From assembly GCA_020634165.1 (NCBI GenBank), contig JACKCF010000002.1, forward strand, positions 17,767 through 57,766: DNA of 40,000 nucleotides, given 5' to 3'. The notes under the pieces are model-generated. The model was not told where the DNA came from and did no database searches. It saw only the letters and a list, made by a program, of their open reading frames with translations. This document shows, in pieces, positions 9,606 through 17,501 of this stretch (positions are counted from its first letter, which is position 1; each line of letters starts with the position of its first letter). The translations under genes were made by a program, and so were the position numbers. The DNA is from Anaerolineaceae bacterium (lineage in GTDB: Bacteria; Chloroflexota; Anaerolineae; Aggregatilineales; Phototrophicaceae).

Positions 9606-10526
9606 TCAACCTACGTTTTTTTGGAGAACAATCCGGTAGTAGCCCTGATAACCTTGTCCTACCATGTATGGCATCAACAGTGCAGCAATTGCATTTTGAG
9701 CCATTTCTCTTGGTAACAATAAGCGTGAAACGTCAAACAATCCAGGAACGGATCGCCAAAAAGTCAGAATCTTACGAAGTCTTTTCAGGTTAGGCATGAT
9801 CTGATTGGCAAGATCGGTACATTCCCCAACCACGAAATTCTGACGGTGTGCTTCATCTAGAAAATCCGATATGAGAATAGCTTCGTCAATTGCCATACTC
9901 TTCTCAATCAGGCGACGCGCCAGATACTCGTCCTCTGTGAGTTTGGCCGAAGGTACAACACGAAAGCCATCAAATAGAATGAACGATCCTCCAGACTTGA
10001 GTACGCGCCATGCTTCTGCCAGCACATTGCCTATGTTGTCGGAATGACAAACGCTCTCGACATCATAAAGTATATTGAACAATTCATCTGTAAAGGGCAA
10101 ATAATGGAAGTCCGCGTTGGTGACGGTTGCATTTGGATATTTTCTAACTGCATGGCGTGACTGTCGTGTGTGTGAGGGCGTGAGATCGACACCGAAGAAC
10201 TGATTGGCTGGTTGGGCTACTGCTAGCTTCCGCAGATTAAAACCAGCGCCACAGCCCAGTTCCAGCACGATCATATTGGGTTGATCCATTAGGTCACTGA
10301 GTTGCTGAACCTGGGCATTATAGTCGGAAAAACGGAAATGACCATCTTCGGAGAGCGACATGTGCACCGCACCATCCAGCGAATGAAGCAGCCGATAGGC
10401 AAGGCTGCTGCGCGTGTAGTAGCGTTGAATGTCCTGATGTGATACTGAATGGCTGAGTAGTTCATCAACATTAAAATGCCGATGAATCCAGTCCAAATCT
10501 CGTTTCAGTGCATCCGGGCCCGACAT
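9606..10526 (-). CDS. class I SAM-dependent methyltransferase
   Basis: Motif I VLELGCGAGFNLRKL and a post-I acidic residue (FFGVDLT). No (D/N/S)PP(Y/F/W) motif, so it is probably not an N6A/N4C DNA methyltransferase. Confidence 0.8.
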   Translation of the reverse strand: MSGPDALKRDLDWIHRHFNVDELLSHSVSHQDIQRYYTRSSLAYRLLHSLDGAVHMSLSEDGHFRFSDYNAQVQQLSDLMDQPNMIVLELGCGAGFNLRKLAVAQPANQFFGVDLTPSHTRQSRHAVRKYPNATVTNADFHYLPFTDELFNILYDVESVCHSDNIGNVLAEAWRVLKSGGSFILFDGFRVVPSAKLTEDEYLARRLIEKSMAIDEAILISDFLDEAHRQNFVVGECTDLANQIMPNLKRLRKILTFWRSVPGLFDVSRLLLPREMAQNAIAALLMPYMVGQGYQGYYRIVLQKNVG

Positions 10527-10532
10527 GGGATT

Positions 10533-10961
10533 TCACGAAGGGAACTCGTCTTCGGGCATATTGTGCATAGAACGATCAGCACGCATGACATAGGAAAGAA
10601 TGCGCTCCAAGTCCTTTCGGGCATCTTCGGACAAGCGATTGAGTCGCATCGCTAATTTCAGCTCATAGCTTTCCTCGCTACGACCTGCGGCCATTATCTC
10701 CAACGCCTCATTCTCCGATGTTGCCTCGAAGTATGCCAATTTAACATCAAAGAACCGACATAGGAGTTTGATAGTATCTATTCCAGGATTCTGAATTGAG
10801 CCACGTCGAATTGCACTGAGAGAAGATTGACTAATGCCAGTTGCTTCTGATACATCCCTATCAACATAATACGTGCCATCTGATTTATAACGATGCCTGT
10901 AAAGCAAACTAAGCAGTTCTGAGACTCGTAATGCATAATCTTCAGGCAATCTGGCAGACAT
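10533..10961 (-). CDS. XRE-family helix-turn-helix transcriptional regulator (ImmR-like)
   Basis: HTH segment VSEATGISQSSLSAIRRGSIQNPGIDTIKLLCRFFDV. First gene of the operon, divergent from an AT-rich promoter region. Confidence 0.85.
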   Translation of the reverse strand: MSARLPEDYALRVSELLSLLYRHRYKSDGTYYVDRDVSEATGISQSSLSAIRRGSIQNPGIDTIKLLCRFFDVKLAYFEATSENEALEIMAAGRSEESYELKLAMRLNRLSEDARKDLERILSYVMRADRSMHNMPEDEFPS

Positions 10962-11020
10962 ACAATCATCCTAACACCGATTTCTGTAATACCAATTGTA
11001 GTATAAAATAGCTATTTTCT

Positions 11021-11036
11021 TACCATTATTATGGTA
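11021..11036. promoter_or_regulatory. palindrome TACCAT-TATT-ATGGTA in the divergent promoter region (candidate XRE operator)
   Basis: Perfect 6-bp inverted arms. A related imperfect site, ataccaattgtagtat, lies ~30 bp upstream (10989-11004). The region between divergent genes is very AT-rich. Confidence 0.4.
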
Positions 11037-11110
11037 CTGTTGCATTATTCTGCAAAAATATTATTATTGTTTATATACAATCCATTTTTTATTTACAGGC
11101 AGGCTAGATC

Positions 11111-11290
11111 ATGAGCAATCAAACCCGCCGCGACGAGCTAATCCAAGAAATCATTCAACTGCTGTCGGACATGCCGCCTCAAGCCCGCGAAACACTGCTG
11201 TATCAGTGGTATCTCATCGCCAGCAAAATGAATCCCTCCTCAAATAACAACTCGCCTGACGATACCCAATCCAGACGATGCGATAAGTAA
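11111..11290 (+). CDS. small hypothetical protein (59 aa), divergent from the XRE gene
   Basis: My translation: MSNQTRRDELIQEIIQLLSDMPPQARETLLYQWYLIASKMNPSSNNNSPDDTQSRRCDK*. Below the ORF-track size cutoff; the position resembles cro/xis-type genes, but I recognise no motif. Confidence 0.35.
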   Translation: MSNQTRRDELIQEIIQLLSDMPPQARETLLYQWYLIASKMNPSSNNNSPDDTQSRRCDK

Positions 11291-11472
11291 AATAGCTACG
11301 CCTCATGCAGATTCCCGATGAGAGCCACCGAAACATTCCACTGCCTGCTGTTCTTTTTCCCTTGCTTCCAATAAATGCCCTGTTCCGTTTTGAGGTGCAT
11401 CCACCTGATGCACCGGAATGTGCTGCCATCACCTGTGAGCACGGAGTTCAGCCACGATGGCACGTTTCGCCA

Positions 11473-11539
11473 CGAGGTCAAGGCGCTCGCTCCGGGCTTG
11501 TGCCGCAATGCTCAGCGCGAGCTGAATACCTTGACCTCG
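11473..11539. other. long imperfect hairpin in GC-rich non-coding leader upstream of ssb
   Basis: cgaggtcaagg (11473-11483) pairs with ccttgacctcg (11529-11539). gctcgc (11485-11490) pairs with gcgagc (11517-11522). Apical GGC-TTGT-GCC lies at 11495-11504. Confidence 0.5.
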
Positions 11540-11626
11540 CGGCCAGTGAAAACGCGCCGACGCTGTGGCAACTCCGGCACAGGGCTGGAGCACAAGAGTC
11601 GGCGCACAGCGCCAGGGAGTGACATC

Positions 11627-12010
11627 ATGACGTACCAGATACATATCATTGTCGGACATCTCGGGGATACGCCCGAACTGCGCGAAGCCAATGGTCAGTC
11701 GGTGACCAACTTCTCGGTCGCGGTAAATATCCGTCGGGGTGAGCAGCAGTCCACAACATGGTATCGCGTGACTGCATGGAATGGGCTGGCAGAGACAGTT
11801 TGCCAGTATCTGGAGAAGGGTCGCCGTGTGCTGGTGGATGGCAGCAACCTTCGGAGTAGCGCCTACATCGACCGCGACGGTCAACCACGAGCCAGCCTTG
11901 AACTCACTGCCAATCGTGTCCAGTTCCTGGACAGCGTTGCCAGCGAAGGCGAGCAGGAATCTGCCTCCGACAGCGACGACAACAATGGCGGAGAGGACAT
12001 TCCGTTCTAG
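11627..12010 (+). CDS. ssb: single-stranded DNA-binding protein
   Basis: OB-fold N-terminus MTYQIHIIVGHLGDTPELREANGQSVTNFSVAVN..WYRVTAW and an acidic tail ending DDNNGGEDIPF. RBS agggag precedes the ATG at 11627; the track ORF start at 11375 is an upstream extension. Confidence 0.92.
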   Translation: MTYQIHIIVGHLGDTPELREANGQSVTNFSVAVNIRRGEQQSTTWYRVTAWNGLAETVCQYLEKGRRVLVDGSNLRSSAYIDRDGQPRASLELTANRVQFLDSVASEGEQESASDSDDNNGGEDIPF

Positions 12011-12037
12011 CTGTGACCAACAACCTCATACAGCACG

Positions 12038-12068
12038 AGGCAGTGGCTATAGGGTCACTGCCTTTTTT
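12038..12068 (+). terminator. rho-independent terminator after ssb
   Basis: Stem ggcagtg (12039-12045) / cactgcc (12056-12062) followed by a run of six T. Confidence 0.7.
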
Positions 12069-12125
12069 GTTTAGTTATATTGTTTGTTGGCGACTCTGAG
12101 AAGGTGAATTATCGGATTGGCGAAT

Positions 12126-14036
12126 TTACTGGAACCAGTGGTTAGGTATCAATGCTCGGCCGTCTCTCCAAGGCTCTTCAACAAGAGCTTCATGCCACTC
12201 TGGCTCATTTGCATGTTCTAGAACGATAATCTGCAAGTTCGGTGAGAGTTGCTCTGCAACTTGGAACAACAATCGAAATATACGACGAATCTGCTGTCGA
12301 TCCTTGTCATCTTCATATGTATCATCTGGATAGTATGGTGAACTTGGCTGATCAAAAACAAGGATGCCAGGAACAGGACGATCATGGTTTATGAAATAGG
12401 AATGCAACGCCAATAGGGCTGCAATATGATATGGAAGATAGTTCTTGCCTGTACTTCCAATTTGACGCAAAGACATGACCCGTTTGTTATGCTCAATCTT
12501 TACTGTCAAGTTTCGACGATCCAACCAGCAGTTGTTGTTAACATATTCTACATCAAGTTCACCGGCAAATTGCGTCATCATATCCCCAATCTCACCATCA
12601 ATCTGGAAGAAAGCATCTTCGAATTGATCAGGGTCAAGTTGCTTTTCTATGTCCTCAAGTTGCTCAGTGAGTTTTTGAACCTGCGATTCAAGGTCATTGA
12701 TTTCACTGCCGCGAAAATTAGTTGTGGTTATATCTATATAATAGCTAATTCTGCCAACTACATGTCGTGTCTGATCCTCAAGAGACTTGTCAGCTACTCT
12801 TTCCTGTCTCGAATTGAAAATGCCATTGATTGCAGCCTCTGTTTCTTGTATAGATACCTTGATATCCGCTTCATCTGTCCTTAATTGATCAATGGCGGCC
12901 TGCAACTCAGGCCTCTGATGTTCAGCAAAATTTGCTTCACTTTCGAGCTTCTCAAGTGATCGTTTTATTGCTTGTATGCTTGGCAAATGGTCACCGATTG
13001 AATTTCCACATAAAGGGCAGTTCTCATCATCAATATCATCGAAAAAACTGACGGTACCTAGACGATTCACTTGCTCCCTGACAGCACTTTGATAGCCATT
13101 AGTATCTGCAAGATATTGTTGATACTGCGCAATATAAAACTGCACGTCATCTAGTTGATGGTATAGTTCTCTCACTCGTCTTTGGAGCTCTGGAAGCCTA
13201 TTATCGGGTAAGCTTAGTACATTTTCTGGCCTCCAGTTCCGTGCACTGGCCAAAAGAGTGAACATATCATAATCGGTTTCATAACTAGCATCGATATCTA
13301 TAAGCCCAACTTCTTTGGCTTCTTCAATTAGTCGCTCGCCTCTCGTGACTCTTTCTTGTACATTACTTCTGGCAGCCTCAAGTTGTCTTTGCGCTTTATT
13401 AAGTTCCTTGGCTACTCTCTTCTTGTCGTTAATCAATGACAAGTAGTTGGTTGGATACACTCCTAGAAAATATGGGAGACTATCCTTAATTGTGGTGGGA
13501 ATAAATTGATCGTCTTGACGATGGAAGAGATGTCGATCACTCGTAATAATAGTTGCATCTTGAAATAGGAAAAACCTTGCGTGACTTATGTCAACTTCGT
13601 AATCCTCAGTTGTTCTAGACTCATCTGGATAAACGTGATGACGTATTCCAAGTCTTTGTGAAATCTCTTGTCGGATTGCGTCGTCATTCGAGTTGATGAC
13701 AAGTTCTTCCAGACTAGGAACACCGACTGAAGGAGCAATTCTGAGGTAGGCTTCACTTTGAGACTGGCTATTCCCCAGAGGCGGTTTAGCTACCAAAAGT
13801 TGCATATCGTCAAACTGATATAGCACAGCAAACCAAGCAATAGAGTCTTGAATTTCTTGGCTAAGCTTTATATCAGGACTTTTTCGTCCCATACAATATT
13901 CAATGATAGGGATCAGCGCAGACTTGCCAGTTCCTTGTTCACCTGTGATGATATTGACCTGCCCAAGAGCGAAATCCAGTGTGCGAATATCACCAGACTT
14001 GCTATATATGTAGATTGATTTTATCTGCATAGTCAT
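12126..14036 (-). CDS. ABC-3C system ATPase (DUF3732-like, SMC/Rad50-type ABC ATPase with coiled coil)
   Basis: Walker A GEQGTGKS near the N-terminus. Long coiled-coil middle with a CPLCG zinc-hook-like motif. C-terminal signature-like IGSTGKN and Walker B ILVFDQPS. Likely start at the ATG at 14036 (MTMQIKSIYIY), 2 nt after the upstream stop. Confidence 0.8.
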   Translation of the reverse strand: MTMQIKSIYIYSKSGDIRTLDFALGQVNIITGEQGTGKSALIPIIEYCMGRKSPDIKLSQEIQDSIAWFAVLYQFDDMQLLVAKPPLGNSQSQSEAYLRIAPSVGVPSLEELVINSNDDAIRQEISQRLGIRHHVYPDESRTTEDYEVDISHARFFLFQDATIITSDRHLFHRQDDQFIPTTIKDSLPYFLGVYPTNYLSLINDKKRVAKELNKAQRQLEAARSNVQERVTRGERLIEEAKEVGLIDIDASYETDYDMFTLLASARNWRPENVLSLPDNRLPELQRRVRELYHQLDDVQFYIAQYQQYLADTNGYQSAVREQVNRLGTVSFFDDIDDENCPLCGNSIGDHLPSIQAIKRSLEKLESEANFAEHQRPELQAAIDQLRTDEADIKVSIQETEAAINGIFNSRQERVADKSLEDQTRHVVGRISYYIDITTTNFRGSEINDLESQVQKLTEQLEDIEKQLDPDQFEDAFFQIDGEIGDMMTQFAGELDVEYVNNNCWLDRRNLTVKIEHNKRVMSLRQIGSTGKNYLPYHIAALLALHSYFINHDRPVPGILVFDQPSSPYYPDDTYEDDKDRQQIRRIFRLLFQVAEQLSPNLQIIVLEHANEPEWHEALVEEPWRDGRALIPNHWFQ

Positions 14037-14038
14037 AG

Positions 14039-15736
14039 CTAACGTTTCTTTATCCCCCACCAAGTCCAGATACTATCGGGGTCTCCGACTCGCGCATACC
14101 AACGCCCAACAAATTCTGCGGATTTACGAATACTTTCAGCATCATGAATCGAAACAGGCGACTCTTCAACAAATCGAATTACCTGTTTACGTTTCACTTT
14201 TTTGACATTTCCAGAATCATCAATAGAAATAATCTTTTGCTTTAAACCAAAAGCGAGCGCCTCTTTAGTAATAGTCTCAAGCTCATTTACAATATCAGCA
14301 AATCCGATTCGAGAAGTTGGATTCCTTGTGATCCATACGTGAAATTTCGTCGCAATGCTTGAAGGCAATAAGCTTCTAGTTCTGCCATGCAAAATGACTG
14401 GCAGTATGAGTGGAACCAAGATATAAGGCATTCCAGTATCAGAGTCGTATGATCCTATGGCATCGCGCAACAGGACAGAACAAAATGCTGGGTTGAAGAG
14501 ATTTGCAATCTCTAGTGGACGTTTATCCCACAAAGAATCACTAGTTGGTACGGTTTCTATTCCAAGTATTGTCGTTAATCGCTCCAAAAACTGGGGATGC
14601 CACCAAACTCTTGGTTCGTCGCGGTTTGCTAACATATGGAAGCTTCCGCGAGTGATGTGAATGGCTGTGACGCGGCTTCTTATTGGTATATTAGAATCTT
14701 CTACCCATCGTAATATCTCTCTTCCAAATCTCTGCATCTCGTCTTCGCTGTCTTGCCAAGTAGGCAACTCATCTTCTAGTTGCGCTTTTCTTAGCTGCCA
14801 AGCTTCTACCAAGAGTTTCTCATACTTATCAAGCTCAGGATAATTAATGAGATCAGTGTTGATCCACTTGGAACGCTCTTCGGTAGCCCGGTAGTAGTCT
14901 AGAATCGCTTGCTGAATGCGTCTTTCGTGTGGCTGTATGGCATCCAGTTGGCGCTTAAAATTAAACTGCTTTACATCGTAATCTTCAGGCAAATCTGAAT
15001 ACGCAAAATTGATAGGCAAATTGTCGGGCGCATATTTGTCTGATATCTCATCTATTCGATACCGTAGTTCTCTTCTCGTAATTCTGTCCGTACTTGTAGC
15101 ATCTAAATGATAATCGACTCTTGTTATCCACCAACCCAAGAGATCTTCGTATACAGAAGCCAAAATTTCGTCACGGACCTGTAATGTATTTTTGATGTCT
15201 TGCTCAATCTGCTGAATACTTGGTTGGTCTGTCTGTACAAGAATTGAGTTTGCCAAAATCAACTTGTTAGCATCGCTCAATTCTTGAAAAGCTTTAGCAT
15301 AATCAACTATTTTCTTGTTTTTTATAGATCCCGCCGTCGTATTTAGTCTCGAAACTATTTTCTCAAGATCACGATTAGTGGGGGGGACACTCAGTAACAC
15401 AACAAGAGATTCCCTGTTGGTTGGCAATCCCTCAGTAGTAGCCAATAATAGAGTCCCATTACCATCAACAGAATTACTTTTGAGCAAATTACTCCAAAGA
15501 CTGATGGTTTTCCACAGGTCTTCACTCTTATCAGTCAGATTGGCATTCCCTGTCTTATGCTTGAGCTGAACAGTTGTCGTTTCACTGCCTTCCACATAAT
15601 CAACATCGTCAAGGATTTCGATTGCTACAGATGTGTCAGGATGAGTCTTGGACAACAAAAGATACAACGCATACCGCTTCTGGTAGTCGTAACCACGCAT
15701 AGACGCACGAGCAGAATAAGGGGAGAAATCAGACAT
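14039..15736 (-). CDS. ABC-3C effector: Cap4-like (DUF4297) restriction-endonuclease-fold nuclease fused to a middle-component-like C-terminal region
   Basis: The N-terminus GYDYQKRYALYLLL...AIEILDDVDYV...VQLKH matches the Cap4/DUF4297 nuclease pattern. The last ~170 aa (NPAFCSVLLRDAIGSY...PYILVPLILPVILH) resemble ABC-3C middle components as I recall them. Confidence 0.65.
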   Translation of the reverse strand: MSDFSPYSARASMRGYDYQKRYALYLLLSKTHPDTSVAIEILDDVDYVEGSETTTVQLKHKTGNANLTDKSEDLWKTISLWSNLLKSNSVDGNGTLLLATTEGLPTNRESLVVLLSVPPTNRDLEKIVSRLNTTAGSIKNKKIVDYAKAFQELSDANKLILANSILVQTDQPSIQQIEQDIKNTLQVRDEILASVYEDLLGWWITRVDYHLDATSTDRITRRELRYRIDEISDKYAPDNLPINFAYSDLPEDYDVKQFNFKRQLDAIQPHERRIQQAILDYYRATEERSKWINTDLINYPELDKYEKLLVEAWQLRKAQLEDELPTWQDSEDEMQRFGREILRWVEDSNIPIRSRVTAIHITRGSFHMLANRDEPRVWWHPQFLERLTTILGIETVPTSDSLWDKRPLEIANLFNPAFCSVLLRDAIGSYDSDTGMPYILVPLILPVILHGRTRSLLPSSIATKFHVWITRNPTSRIGFADIVNELETITKEALAFGLKQKIISIDDSGNVKKVKRKQVIRFVEESPVSIHDAESIRKSAEFVGRWYARVGDPDSIWTWWGIKKR

Positions 15737-16407
15737 AGAGACTATTCTACTGGTTAAACCATAACATCAATACATGAATATGGTGCGCATACTAGCACGT
15801 TTCTACATCCTAGACCACCATGCTTAACTCTTCCTAAATCCTATTAAATTGTACAAGAACAAGAGAAAGCATTCGATAAAGGAATCTAGACTACTCGCCA
15901 ATGTTGTGGCTACATTGTAGAGCAAGTGTTTTATCCATAACGTCTGAACTTCGGGCGAAGCGAGTATAAGCGAGTGGTTATAGCAGCGATTAGCTCATTG
16001 CATCGTACGCAATGAAAATCGTCCCTTTTACAATTTTGGGGCACTTGACCCGCCGCTATAAGAGGTATTCTTTCATCAGAAGAATTCTGTTCTTGAAAAT
16101 CAATTTTCAGTCAGCAAGTTCCATATGCGGCGGGTAGCAGGTTAAAAACCTGCCCCTCAACGCCGGGGAGGCTCGCTGCGCCGCGCTCAGCGGGCGCCGC
16201 TCCTTCGCGACTTGCGCCGCTCTGGAGCCGCTGGACAAGTCCAGCGTTCGGAAAGACAAAAATCAGGTGTCCAGCGCGGCTCGACTCAGAAACCTGTGCT
16301 CCAAACTCCAGCTACCTGCGTTGCCACACTAGACCCTTTATCTGACAATAAATGTGACGAAACTGCGAAATATCGCCAACCCACACAATGTCTGGGGAAT
16401 CACTTTT

Positions 16408-16818
16408 ATGACAAGTCAGAACCGCCAATCGGTGCGAGTTTACGCACGAATTACGCCTGAGTTACATACACTTCTACAGCAGGTTCGTATTGCCAAACGC
16501 ATTGATTCCGATGCCGAAATAGTACGTGCTGCTCTAAGAGCCTATCTGGATCGCCAGTCAAATCAGGTCGCCAGCAAGCGACACTTCAGCTATTCATTGC
16601 AGCAGAGGTTGAGTTATCTGGATTGGCATCTTTCGGTTATCACAACGTTGCTGGCTCAGGCACTTGCAATGATTATCACCGCGATCACTGGACAAAAGGT
16701 GACTCCCGATAAACTGCTTGAACAGTCAATTCGCATGGCAACAGATAAACATAACGAGCTGACTCAAAGGCTCAATGATGCCATGCCCGGTGAAGAGTCA
16801 GGCGAATTTGCTGAATGA
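16408..16818 (+). CDS. ribbon-helix-helix (CopG/MobC-like) protein, probable relaxosome accessory factor
   Basis: MTSQNRQSVRVYARITPELHTLLQQVRIAKRIDSDAEIVRAALRAYL has the RHH pattern. Its stop overlaps the next gene's start (ATGA at 16815). Confidence 0.6.
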   Translation: MTSQNRQSVRVYARITPELHTLLQQVRIAKRIDSDAEIVRAALRAYLDRQSNQVASKRHFSYSLQQRLSYLDWHLSVITTLLAQALAMIITAITGQKVTPDKLLEQSIRMATDKHNELTQRLNDAMPGEESGEFAE

Positions 16819-17498
16819 AGAAACATGCTCTGATCTGCAAATTATTGTACAAACTTGATAACAGGCATTCGCGCACCAACATGATGGATATGCTCAAGTA
16901 TCTCCAGTTCCGAGAAGATCAGGATCAACTGGCACCTGCTGTAGGTTGGGATCGCTGGATAGATCGTGGATTGGGTAAACATTATAGAGCAATTTCAAAG
17001 AGCCTGGAGCAATTGGCGGGTGACCACACCAACCAGGATGAGGTGCTGCTGCGAATGATGGTAATGTCACCTCATCCTGATCTGATGAAGCAGCTACCAC
17101 CTTCAAGACGCAGACGGGCGCTGCACCAGATGACGCAGGCGATGATGGAGAACTACTTCACATCGCAGGATATGTCTGTGCCGGAATACAGCTATGTCAT
17201 TCACGACCCGAAGCAGGAAAATGGCGAGCAGCGATTGCATAGCCATGTTGTATTTCCAGCAACGACACCCGACATTGATGGCAGACGACATTACAATTTG
17301 CGGCGCAAGCAGATGGTACACTTTCATCAGGAACGAGATCGTACAATTACGCAGGTGCTATCACGCTATCTAGGTCATGAGCAGGTTATCGAGCTGGATC
17401 GAAATCTGCTCACAGCAGCCGAAAAGCGTGAGCGTGAGAAATCGATGGCGATTCCAAATGATATTTACGATCTGAATCAGTGGTTTGATATGAGTTGA
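16815..17498 (+). CDS. relaxase/mobilisation nuclease-like protein (small, MOBQ/MOBP-like motifs)
   Basis: Candidate catalytic Tyr context MLKYLQFRED. HxDx(n)HxH-type histidine motif VIHDPKQENGEQRLHSHVVF. Located immediately upstream of the coupling protein. Confidence 0.55.
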   Translation: MKKHALICKLLYKLDNRHSRTNMMDMLKYLQFREDQDQLAPAVGWDRWIDRGLGKHYRAISKSLEQLAGDHTNQDEVLLRMMVMSPHPDLMKQLPPSRRRRALHQMTQAMMENYFTSQDMSVPEYSYVIHDPKQENGEQRLHSHVVFPATTPDIDGRRHYNLRRKQMVHFHQERDRTITQVLSRYLGHEQVIELDRNLLTAAEKREREKSMAIPNDIYDLNQWFDMS

Positions 17499-17501
17499 CC
17501 C

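Noticed and set aside
11305-11884. ORFs 11305-11622 (+), 11375 upstream extension of ssb, 11429-11884 (-) and 11646-11888 (-)
   Set aside because: The translations are Pro/Arg/Ala-rich with no domain signatures, and they overlap each other and ssb. ssb has a good RBS and start at 11627. I treat the region as a structured non-coding leader instead.
16212-16460. 82-aa ORF in the GC-rich leader upstream of the RHH gene
   Set aside because: The translation is Arg/Gln/Ser-rich and low-complexity. It overlaps the RHH gene start in another frame and coincides with the hairpin-rich candidate oriT region.
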